Shown here: positions 1-11,899 of the stretch, piece after piece
How positions within the stretch are numbered: position 1 is the first letter of the stretch
Layout of the letters: the number at the start of each line of letters is the position of its first letter
Assembly (NCBI RefSeq): GCF_009914755.1
Contig: NC_060928.1
DNA: 64,000 bases
Strand: one strand, 5' to 3'
From: the human T2T-CHM13v2.0 reference genome, Homo sapiens
The notes under the pieces: model-generated
Told to the model about the DNA's origin: nothing
The model's input: only the letters and a program-made list of their open reading frames with translations
Databases searched by the model: none
Made by a program: the position numbers and the translations under genes

Positions 1-39
1 GCTTATAATTATTATTGTTTTTAATTGTGGAAGGCATTC

Positions 40-560
40 ATAGGGATTCGTGTAATTATGTTGGTTGGAGCTTTCAGAAAAAGGTGGACCTTAAAGAATG
101 AGTTAGGAAGAAAGGAGTGGGAAATATTTCAACAGGAGAAAGAGCATGGCCAAAGACACAGGGAAGGAATAAATCTGTCTCCTATTAAACTATGTGAGAA
201 GTTGGCCAGAGTGGTGAGAAGTAGGAGCATTAGACTGATAGAGACAGGCATGTAGCCAAATGGCATTACTTGCATGCCTACATGATGTCGGGATATGCAA
301 GCACAGACTTGCATTTTTTCTGAGCATAAATGAAAAGTCAATTAATGGCTCCTAAAGTGAGTATGGGGCATGAGGGAAGTGGTATTTTAGGAAGACTCGA
401 TCTGGTTGGGATGTGGTTAGCCTGGAAGAGGAAGGAATTATAAGCGGGAAGGTCAACAGTGAGGCTTTTGTGTGGTAATCTAAAGATTTCAGGCATAGTC
501 CACCAAATAATGATGGAAGCAGTAGGAGTGCCAGGTGAAGAGACCAAGAATCTGAGAGAC
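40..560 (-). mobile_element. Degenerate LINE-2 fragments
   Basis: Purine-rich L2-antisense phrases (gaccttaaagaatgagttagg, caacaggagaaagagcatggccaaagacacagg, ggcatagtccaccaaataatg). Confidence 0.5.
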
Positions 561-2029
561 TGTGAGAGATGATTTGAAATACGAAAGAGGTGTCAAAAAC
601 AGAAAAGTCACAGTACTCAGCAGCTTCTGGTTTTTGTTTTTAACATTTAGGCATTTTAACATTTAAAAACTAGTGTTTCAAAAAATTGTAGTGACTGCCC
701 TAAAACAACATTATCCTACAGCTCTTGTAAGATATTGTGATAATATGAAAGGTTAACTTAACTGGAAATTCAGAGTTTAATCTAAATAACAAGGTCTTCT
801 AAATCTTATCAAATCTTAAACCACATTGTTTAAATTGAGTTTTATCATAACTATCTCTCCTTTAAGTAAATTACTTTCTGATGTGCTAGGGGAAAAAATC
901 CTTTCACATTAACCAGATGAAGTAACATCAGTTTGCTTTTGAAATTGTCTATTTTATTATTTCATCATTCCTTCTTTCTGAAAAGTGAAACCTTAAAAGA
1001 AAAAAAATCTTAAGACAATATAATTATATCTTTTAATAATCTCAAAGGTAGAATGAAGATAAAGTAGAATATTAAGATCTTTTTACAAATGAGGGGGAGG
1101 GGATTTGTGCTACATTACTCAAACTGATGCTCTGGAAACTCGACCAGGAAAAAGTCACTTTCTCAGGGGGTAAAAGCATTATTCGTATTATAGGGAAGTG
1201 TAGTCCAGCATCTCATTTTTAAAAGCCATTGGTCTTTTATTAATGCCATTGACATTAGGATAAGGTTTTGTTTTAGCACATTATTGTCAAATATTTCTAA
1301 AACAAACATAGTTGCAGAAATAATGCTTCTACTTTTCATTGCTAATGAGAAATAATGGAATGAAAGAGTCATGGAAATAATTTAGATATGGGTACAAAAA
1401 CAAAACCGTTCCAAACTATTAACTTTTTCTTAAATCAAGTTTTTCATTTTCATTATTTTACTCAAGACTGCAGGTTTAAAAATGTAAACTTCAGAATGAA
1501 ACTGAAATGATTTAGTTTTTGAAATGGATGGTAATGTATTTTGTTTTAGTTTTGCATGCATACCGAAAAACACAGTTATTACAGATGGGATGTTTTATTA
1601 ATATTATTTCTCAAATAAATAAATTTTGTGGTCATTCATTTTAAATTACATAACATCCTGGATTTTGGTTAAGTATCATTTTAAAAACTGTACATATGAT
1701 GAAATAAATCAGGCAAAATATTTAGAACTTTAGTACATAACTTTTAAAATAAGAGGATAAATATGATGACACAAAATTGATATGATTAGGTTACAGTTAT
1801 CATTAAATAATATGGATACCAGTTTTTATTAATTTGGCTCAATTGGAACTTTCAAAAAAATTATAACAAGAGTAATGTTCACTTAAAAACTATTTTTAGA
1901 AATCTATTCTTTCTGATTTTGCATCTTATCCCTTCGACTAGGAAAGAAAACTGTCTAGAGATGAAGAATGTGAGCCTTTGTTACAGAGTTTGCACCATTT
2001 CCTAGGGTAGAACCCTAGTGACAGTCTCT

Positions 2030-2830
2030 TTTAATCTTTGTGTTAAATTATTAATTATTCTGTTTGTTTGGCTTTGCTATCTGGTGGTATCGTTATAGAG
2101 ATTACATGGCACTATTCCATTTCATCAGGAAGCTTGCATTTTTATTTCTTACCTAAAGACTACATTCAATCCAGTTGGAGGTTAGCCTGAGATGTGTGGC
2201 GATGACTTGCAAAATAATCGCTTTTTCTTAATCTTTAGATGAAGATTCATCATTTAGAAAAACCCAGTAGTTGCTCACTTACAGCCTGGGTAACGTCTTT
2301 TGTATTCAAAGATCACACTGGAGACTGTTTATTTACAATGGTCTAAACATGCGTATCTTTATGGCTTTCTCCTGTCACAATGAATCATCAGCTATAAGTT
2401 GTCCTTTGTTGGTTTTAGGAACAATCAAATGAAACCCAGCAGGAGATTGTAGAGTGCATTGTCCAAGAGTGTAAAAATGCTGTGTTGATGACAGATCATA
2501 CTGTTTTTATTAAAGCTAAGAACATTGACTTTACTTTGCTTTTTGACCCTGGTACTCTACTGTCAAGGTGATTTTATTTCTACAAATTTTCGTTCTGCTG
2601 GCCTCATCAATGATTCACCATAAAACATTAGACAAATTCCCATCATCTGTATATGATTATAGCAGATTCTGTGGTGCTGCTCACTGCAACTAAAAAGATG
2701 TTTTTCAGCTTTGTCTAAAGGGGAATCTATTTGCTAACATTCTTCCTTTGCACAATGTCTCCTTGTTTTAATAACAAATTATAAAATGATTTGAACTCAA
2801 TGTAAAGTATCCTAGTGTGTCATTTAATAA
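2030..2830. promoter_or_regulatory. Candidate distal enhancer / conserved non-coding element
   Basis: Repeat-free, with clustered SOX, TCF, FOX, MEIS and posterior-HOX/CDX motifs; conservation not verifiable here. Confidence 0.35.
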
Positions 2831-3279
2831 CATCTGCTAAAAAGTTTAGGTTATCTTCATATTTTTTTAAAAGAGAAAAAATACTGTGTTTAGTAAATAA
2901 TGATATATAGGGGCAAGATATGTGGAATTATTTGGTCTCTTTAAGACATAAATGGAGTGCAGCTCTCAGTTCTTAGAGTTACAACTTGTATTACATTTAG
3001 AAAATTGTTTGAAAATAACCTAAAATGTAACTAGATAAAACAGGTAATATATACAAGATAGTGAAGCTGTTAACATTACTGTACAAGCAGCAGTCTGTTG
3101 GAAGACCAGGCACTTTGACTCATCTTTCTCTTGTAATCTCAAATTGGTTTTCATTATGTCATTTCTATGGTGTGGTGCTTGCTATTCTATGACCTAAAAC
3201 AGTTATTCACAGGATTAAGAAGATTTAATGCATTCTTTCAGGAGATATATATTCTATAAGTTTATATAATAACAATAAA

Positions 3280-3492
3280 AATAATGATTAACTGAATGTC
3301 TATTAACTGCTAGGTGCTTTACATACATTATCTCAGTTACTCTCCACCTAGCAACATGGTATAATGATGATAAAACTGAGTCTCAGAATAGTTAAGTAGT
3401 TTATGCAAGATTTCAAAACTAATAAGTGGCAGAACAGAGAATTGAATGCAGATTTGCCTAACTCAAGGCTAGTACTTTTCCTACTGCCCTGC
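3280..3492 (-). mobile_element. MIR SINE
   Basis: gtgctttacatacattatctca..gataaaactgagtctcaga..gttaagtagttt..taataagtggcagaac matches the MIR core in antisense. Confidence 0.75.
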
Positions 3493-4412
3493 ATGGGTTA
3501 GAAACCCAGGCAGTCTAGCTTGAGACTCCATGCTTTCACTGTGTAATATGCAAATGCTATCACTGTGAGAAGCTTGGGTTTTGCATATACTCTTCTTGCA
3601 CAATTCTTAATGGCTACATCTTGCCTAATAAATTACCTAAAAATGTTTCTTTGTACCAATTTGGGTACCCCCTAAGGCCTATCATTTCAGCCTCTTTCCC
3701 TACTGTGTCCTTTCACATGTCCTGAACCCCAACAATTTGCACTTAACGCTGGTTCCCAATATGCTTTTTGATTATTTTTCTTAGGGAAAAATGCCTTCCC
3801 CCCACTCTTGGTTTCCATGAGAGAAAGCTTCTTCCTCAGCACACTACTGGTCTCCTGTGTCACACTTCTCCACCTCTGGGAGGATGGAGTGACTTATGAA
3901 GGATGAATTTGGGAATAGTGACTGAGCATGTCCTATCTCTGCCATTAAGTTGGAACCTCACTGCTGGGATTGGCACCTTGTTTGGCTAGGGCACAGCTTG
4001 GGGCTGCTGCTCTTGGCTGGGGGAGTCTGTCTAACTCTGGGATTCCATTAGCAGACACATTTGGCTCTTCAACATGGCATCTATTAATAGAGCAATGAAG
4101 TTCTTGTTTTGGCTTCTATGTTTATTCTTTGTTTTATTTCTCAACTTGTTTTGAACTTGGGTGGGGAAGGGGCATGACGTTTATTGAGAACTCTGTCTGA
4201 GATTCCAAATATGCTATTCCCACTACCTAGATTGCCTCCTTCAATATCCTCCTACCAAAGTCGCATTTAACATTCAATTTCTTCTTAAATGCATTTCTCG
4301 TCTGTGACGTTTCCTCCTATGACTGCCCCATGTGGATAGACTCTTTCCTTCCTTCAAATCTCCCTGGCCCTTTGTTGTTACCTCTTCAAGTAGTATTTAT
4401 CATAGCCCATAT

Positions 4413-5259
<847 letters not shown>

Positions 5260-5299
5260 TCATTAAATTGAGTTCCCTTAATCTTTACTCTGGAATAGT

Positions 5300-5550
5300 C
5301 AATAATAATAAAAAGTATTATTTGTAGAAGATTTATCATATGTCAGGTATTAGTTAGCATTGCATATCTATTAGTTTATTTAATCTTTCCAATAAACTTA
5401 TTATGATACTATTATCTCAATTTTAAAGATAATAAAACCAGATTCAGTATAATAAAACCAGGTACAGTAAGTAACTTGGCAAAGGTAATAAAACTAATAA
5501 GTGCAGAGCCCAGGAGCCATGAGTTTCCTCATTCCAAAGTTCTCTCTGTA
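5300..5550 (-). mobile_element. MIR SINE containing a 20-bp tandem duplication (ataataaaaccag..cagt x2, ~5429-5468)
   Basis: tttaatctttccaataaact..tattatctcaattttaaagat..taagtaacttggcaaagg..aactaataagtgcagagc. Confidence 0.65.
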
Positions 5551-5599
5551 AATGACAATTACAGCTACTGCTATGCTACTATGGAATATCATCTCTAAT

Positions 5600-5835
5600 C
5601 AGTGTTTACTATGTGCAGTCATTGTTCTAAGTGCTTTATGTACATTATCTCAGTTAATCCTCATAACAGCCCTATGAGGTTGGTAGTGTTATTTATTATC
5701 CCTGTTTTACAGGGCAAGACATTCAGACACAGGGGTAGCTAAGCAGCTTGACTAAATTCATAGAGCTAGTAGGTGACAGGGTCAGGATCTGAATTCAAGC
5801 TGCCTCTCTATACAGCTCAGGTTTCTTAATCATAA
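5600..5835 (-). mobile_element. MIR SINE
   Basis: tactatgtgcag..ttctaagtgcttta..taatcctcataacagccctatgagg..ttatccctgttttacag..agctagtaggtgacag. Confidence 0.85.
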
Positions 5836-6659
5836 TCGAACAATTATAACTCTAATAAAGATTTTTGCCTATGTGCTAAAAGTCTTGGAGGAAGAAATGG
5901 TAAAAATGTGTAGGCTTTCAGAACAGGGTTTATAGGAGACATAAACATTATTTTAGAAAGACTTGATTTTAAAAGTTGGCATATGTTCAAATATGAATAT
6001 TACTTAGAAACAGTTTATAAAAGTCCATTGAGTTAAAATAAAATGGGTAGTGGTTAGTAAATAGTTTTGCCTAGTTGGTGTGGCAAAGAATCCAAACTCT
6101 GAGTGGAAGGGTCATTTTGAAACGGAAGGTATGGGATGACAGGCAGTAGAGAGGCAGTTTTAAGATTGGGACATGCCATTTGATTTACAGTACATTAGAT
6201 ACATTTTTGCTTTCTGAAAACAGGAGCTTCAAGAGCAAAGAGATGGTTTAGGATTATTACAATATTTGCAAAACTATAGGTTTTTTTTATTACCACACAC
6301 ATTATCTATAGGCAACATGATATATGGAATTTTGCTTTGGGGAAATTGATAGAGTAGAAAATTAACTAGATATACACTACTCAGAATTTTGCTTTTCTAG
6401 AAGTTCAAGATTTTCCAAGTCACAGAGGATACCGAAGATTACTTAATAAATTCATTCCTTGTGACAGAGATTTTGGAATTGCTCCTATGATGTATGTGGG
6501 AGTATAAAGGCACCTGAGGTGATAGTACTAGGGGGTTAACCCTTGGAAGAAGGAAATGGTCTTGATTTGTCTTGAGTCATGACTCATTCCTTATAATCCT
6601 TCAACACACATCTTTGTTTTCACATCATCTTCTCACTCTTCCACTTGCAAGTAGAAGAG

Positions 6660-6820
6660 GAATTCCAGCTCTTCTACTTGCTATTATTATGAGTTTGGGC
6701 AATTTACTCAATGTCTTCGTGCCTCAGTTACCTTATTTGTAAAATGGAGATAATAATAGCTTTTATATAAGGATTAATCAGTTAATATTAGATATTGTCT
6801 GGTACTTAATTAGTGCTATG
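6660..6820 (+). mobile_element. MIR SINE
   Basis: ttgggcaatttactcaatgtcttcgtgcctcagttaccttatttgtaaaatggagataataatag. Confidence 0.75.
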
Positions 6821-7534
6821 TAAGTATAGAATTCTGCAGAAATTATACTTAAAAAACCATAAACCTGAATTTAATTTAATTTTCATTCTCTAATATGCCA
6901 GCAATACTGTGGCCTGCTGGTATCCTTACATTGTAATTTAATAAGACATTTTTTAAAAGCCAATGTAGCAATAATGGGAGTAATAGTATTTAATTTGTTT
7001 AATTTTTCTTGTAACAGGAGGTAGTTAAGGAACTTTTGCCACTGTGAGTCTAGGATCTTGAATTTTTTTTTTTAATTTGGTATCATCAAGTACATTATTT
7101 TACCATAGAGGCACATATAATTTAATTCAAACTGATGGGAATTCTTTCCAGAAACTAGCTATAATGATAAATATTTTATAATAATTATTACAATGAAGAT
7201 ACTTTTTGGGGAACCAATGTAATTTTCTCTTGATTATTTGATTCTCATGTGAAAGTTAAGAAACTCAGGAAATAATATATTACAGTATAATAATCTATCT
7301 AAGGTAAGAACAGAAAATATACCTTCAACTGCCCCACCCCCAAGTCTTCCCTAAAAATCAAATTAGCCAGAAGTTGCACTTGGAAGTCAATTGTCTTTAG
7401 AGTGTGACATCTTAAACCCCTTATGCAAAGAGGCAAAAGCAGCAACACAGTGACATGTGACAACTGGCCTGCGAGATGCTTTTCAGCTGTCTTTTTCACT
7501 GGCTAGTAGTAGACTTGAACATTGTTGGGAAGCA

Positions 7535-7660
7535 TCTCTTTTCTTTGCATCTTTTTTTCTTTTCTCTTTTCTTTCCTTCGTTTTCTCTCTCTTCCTTCCC
7601 TCCCTTCCTTCCTTGTTTCCTTCCTTTTTTCCTTCATTCTTTTGTTCTTTCTTTCCTGCC
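7535..7660. repeat. CT-rich low-complexity tract
   Basis: Degenerate (TTTC)/(TTCC) run. Confidence 0.85.
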
Positions 7661-8249
7661 ATATTTTTCAGAGAACAATGAGCATGTTGGAGTTGTTTGA
7701 TTTCCTGTCATAGTAAATGGTCATTATAATGTTTCTTGCCCTATTATGAGTTCTGGCCTAAATCTTTTACCTGTTTATGTAATATTGCAGAACACTTCTC
7801 TTTACTCAGTATAAATTGCTGCTGTTTACAAAAATATATTTTTTACATCATTGTGTTATGTTTTAATAAAATAATAAAAACATATATGTGTTGTACCAAT
7901 GCTGAACTGAGTATCTGTGCAAAATTATTTTTTTTTACATAGGATAATGACTAACCTTCCAGTTCCCATATAAATACAAAGAATGATATATTACTTTACT
8001 GAGCAGTAAATGCATGATTTATGTAATTTATTACACAGAAGTTCGTAAAAACATCTGTGAATTAAAGAGTTACGTATCCAGTATTTCTAGTATGTATGTA
8101 CCATATCCAACAACAAAGTATTTTATCTGCTTTTCTGCTTTCCCCAACAACCATTTATTGAATGCTTACTATGTGCCAGGCCCACTTTTATAACAAGTTG
8201 ATAAGAGGCACAGGGACTCTCCCTGCCCCTATACATTACTTATCTAGTG

Positions 8250-8606
8250 TTCAACAAATTACCACAAGTTTAGCATTTTAAAAAAGTTTCTCATCTTATA
8301 GGAGTCTGAGTACGGCTCAGCCGGGGCCTGAATTTAGGCTGTCTTCAGGCTACATCAAAGTTTGGCCAGGACTGTGTTCTCATCTAGGGCTTTGGATTCT
8401 CTTCCAAGCACCCTGGTTGTTGGTAGAATTCAGTTCCTTGAGGGTGTTTGACTGAAGTCCCATTTTTGTTGTTGTTGTTGTTGTTGCTGGCTGTTGTTCA
8501 GGGACCACTCTCAGCAGCTAGAGGCTACCTTTACTATCTTGCTATATGGCCTTCTCCATACATGTGGTGTCTACAACATGATTGTTTGCTCCCTCAAAAC
8601 CAACAG
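8250..8606 (-). mobile_element. MaLR LTR (MLT1E/F-like)
   Basis: aacaaattaccacaagtttagc..ggctcagc..tcttccaagc..ggttgttggtagaattcagttccttg..ctggctgttg..ccactctcagcagctagaggc. Confidence 0.8.
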
Positions 8607-8994
8607 CGGTCCTCTAAATGTTGCCACATTTAATTATACACATTGAAAAAAAATTACACTCATTGATGTTACACCAATCTCATCAGAAATGTTGAGAAGC
8701 TGTCAAACTTACGTTGTTGAGTTTTTAAAAATTCTAATTTCCACTTAAAAACATAGATTTCTCATTGGCAACATAAGCTAACGATTGTTTTTCTTGAAGT
8801 AATAGGGTCAATTTGTTCATTTTCCCCTCACACCCCAAGATAATGACTGCCAAATGCTCTAGTCTGAATAACTTTGACTTGCCGGTTGTTTTTTAAGGAA
8901 ACATGGTGTTTCATGAAAAATATGGCTAGTTCAGCTTCCATACTGAATAATCTCCCATTGGCTTTTCTTTGAGACGATTCCTTATCATCATATG
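8607..8994 (-). mobile_element. hAT-Charlie DNA transposon (Charlie1a/b-like), internal fragment A
   Basis: Reverse complement reads gctgaactagccatatttttcatgaaacaccat..ttattcagact..tttggcag..gttgccaatga..attagaatttt..tttgacagcttc..tttctgatgagattggtg, as in Charlie1 transposase sequence (recalled). Confidence 0.8.
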
Positions 8995-8999
8995 TTTGG

Positions 9000-9326
9000 C
9001 CTTAAGACCCTTTAAGAGGGTCAGTGAGGTCAAAAACACTTTCATAATAATATTAAGATGTTATTTTCTTTTTTCACTATGTTGACAGTTGCAAAAGCAG
9101 TGGTGGGTGAGATGACGGGCACCCTAGCATGAATCAAGGCAGGGGCATCGCACTGTGAGAAGCCAGTTTGCTAGTTCAACACTGGTTTCTAGCAGTTAAA
9201 GAATAAACAATGCCAGTTTCACTTAAGAATGTCCTTGATAAAACAGGACCTTGATGAAACTTGGCCCCTGAATGGACATCTTTTATTATTTTAAGTGAGG
9301 GAATGGGAACCACACAGAAAACTTTC
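9000..9326 (+). mobile_element. hAT-Charlie DNA transposon (Charlie1a/b-like), 5' fragment B
   Basis: agaccctttaagagggtcagtgaggtcaaaaac..ttcataataatattaagatgtta..tgcaaaagcagtggtggg..tagcatgaatcaaggcag..atgccagtttcacttaagaatgtccttgat (MPVSLKNVLD). Confidence 0.8.
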
Positions 9327-9919
9327 ACATTTCAAATATTCATAGCTGATCCACTTTTCCTTTGGACTCTTATTTTGATTTAATGTACAGAAACATTTAA
9401 TTCATTAACATACTTAATAAATATTATTTCTAGTTTTACTATATGCTTTAGAAAACACTTTAAATTTTCAATCCATGTAGTTTCTTTCACTTTGTTGTAT
9501 TAAAGATGATCTAACATTTTTGGATGACCTAACATTTCTCCTTAAATTGCTAATAAGTTCTTCCAACATCATTGTCTCTGAAAGCTTTCTTTTATCTTAT
9601 TTTACAGTTTAACATACAATTTGAAGAGCCATAAATTTAGAATAATAAAGAACAAAATTCTTTCAACGTTTGTAACATTTGGAGGTCACCTGAAATTCTA
9701 AACAGCGGAAAAAACTGACAAAAAAACTCCTTAATCTCTTTAAACCCCAATATTTAAGACTGAATTTTAGTGTTATAGCATAGTTTTGGTTATTTCAAGT
9801 TTATTAACTATTTGAGTCTCAAGAGATGTTGTTTTATTATTATTTTATTGAAAATATTCATTATTTTGGTTATAGAATAGATTTTACATATTTTGACAAT
9901 AAGCCTGGATTTGGGAACA

Positions 9920-10170
9920 ATATGCTAATGGAAAGATAACTGAATTTGGAATCAAAAGACTTGGTTAATGTTTGAATTGTTTCACTTGGAAGCTTAAAGT
10001 CCTTATGCAGGTTTTTGTTTGTTTGTTTGTTTTTAGCTGCTTTGAATTCAAAGTATTTTTTTTAACATTTAGAGCAAAGTCTAATTAATATCTACCCAGA
10101 GATATGCTGTAAGATTTGGATAAGATAACAGAATGTACTTTGCCTGGTTTGTAGTAGGTGCTCAATAATT
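9920..10170 (+). mobile_element. Degenerate MIR/L2 fragments
   Basis: tttggaatcaaaagacttgg..; tgcctggtttgtagtaggtgctcaataa. Confidence 0.5.
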
Positions 10171-11508
10171 GCACGTGAAGCTTGCTCTCATTTATAACAA
10201 CATACCTCTAAGATAATTCTTTCTGAGTTATGGCTCACCATCAGACATCCAGAAAAGAGGCCCTTTCTCAGGGGATTTTATAAGAAATTTCCTAAAAAAT
10301 AAAAACCTATATAAATAATATAATACAATTTTGATATAAATATTTTATATATCCCTAATGAAACTAGTAATATATGAGCAATTTGCAAGTTGTGTTTTTG
10401 GTTAAATATTGTATTTTTCTTTTACATGTTAATAATTTATTTGCTCTTCTGTAAAAATGATTTAAATTTTCATCCAATTAGAAAAAACATAGTTTATGAA
10501 ATGAAATGAAAGAATGCCAAGAGAAATGAAAAAAAACCATACATTTGTAATTAGATAGACAAGTAGCATTTAATCCTATTTTGATAGACTTTTTGAAAAA
10601 AGTATTTGTTTTCCACTTATTTAATGAAATATTTCCATGGGAGAGGATATAATATTTCCAGGATATAATATTTCCATGGGAGAGGAATAAACTCTTAAAA
10701 TTACTTTTAGTTAATACAAGAAACAAAACTACACATACACTTGTAAGTTGACAAATATAAATTGTGTAGAGTCTTTCTAATAGTTATATTTAGTATACGA
10801 AAATAAAATTCACATGGATTTACAACTGTTTAAAGACATTTTATATATCTAAAGATCATGTGTTTCATCATATACTTTGCTAGAATAATAGTAGAATAGA
10901 AAAAGTAGAATAATAGTGCTTTTTTAAAAAAATAAAAATAAAAAACCAATGCTGACTTCTGCGTTTATTTTCTCAAGGAAAACGGCACACATTTCAAACA
11001 TTTCAAATGCATATTTTGTTCTAAAAGCCTTAGACCTATTAGGAGGCAGAGAGTAACTTTGTTCATAGATTGCCCTCAGAATAAGTCGTGAGTTTTAGGG
11101 ATAAGCCAAGCTGGCATGCAAAAGGGGTTGCTGTTGATCTTTTATACTAATTTTGGATTAATTGTGATCTACAGCACTGCGTAAACATGCTATCCTAGTG
11201 CTTTAGCTTCTCCACAGCTAAACATTAATCCTTCTTAATGCTCTAAGTCAACTTTTAGTCCTTAGCAGAATTTACCTTAATCTCTGGGTAGTAAGTTAAC
11301 TGATTTACAAAACATAATCCATGAGCCCAGAATCTTAAGGATGTGTGAACAGCAGCAACCTACCTTTACAGAATTGACTGGACTTTATTCTTTTACTGCA
11401 ACACAGCTGATGAAGGAGATGACCCCAAACTCTGAATTTTTAGAATTCGGTTATTTTGCTATATTTTAATATAACAACAGACCAACAGCTGAACTGAAGT
11501 GTGTTGGA

Positions 11509-11541
11509 GTGTGTGTGTGTGTGTGTCTGTGTGTGTGTGTG
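11509..11541. repeat. (TG)n microsatellite
   Basis: Direct inspection. Confidence 0.95.
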
Positions 11542-11899
11542 GTTATGATTTGTAATTTTCTAAGTATTGCTAATAGGAGCCAATTGTTTTTCTGCTTTGT
11601 ATTTTCCTCCCTTAGGTCTTTGCAACTAATGCAGTCAGTCATCTGAATTACTGACAGACCTTTCTTCATGCTTAGGTACCATTTTATTTTATTTCCTAAT
11701 AATTTAAACATGTGCATTATGATCATAGAAAACTGCCCTGTATACTACGTCTGGTTTTAGTCTTTCAAATTGGAGTACAACCATCAGTATTAGCGATGAC
11801 AGCCTCACAGGGTTCTATCATGTGGTTTAATTTTGAAAATCATTCATGTAGCTTGAATTTTAAATTTGAAACTCACTTGACTGTCAGGGTCTTCGAAGA

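Noticed and set aside
7457-7713. Three overlapping hydrophobic ORFs
   Set aside because: CT-rich low-complexity artefact
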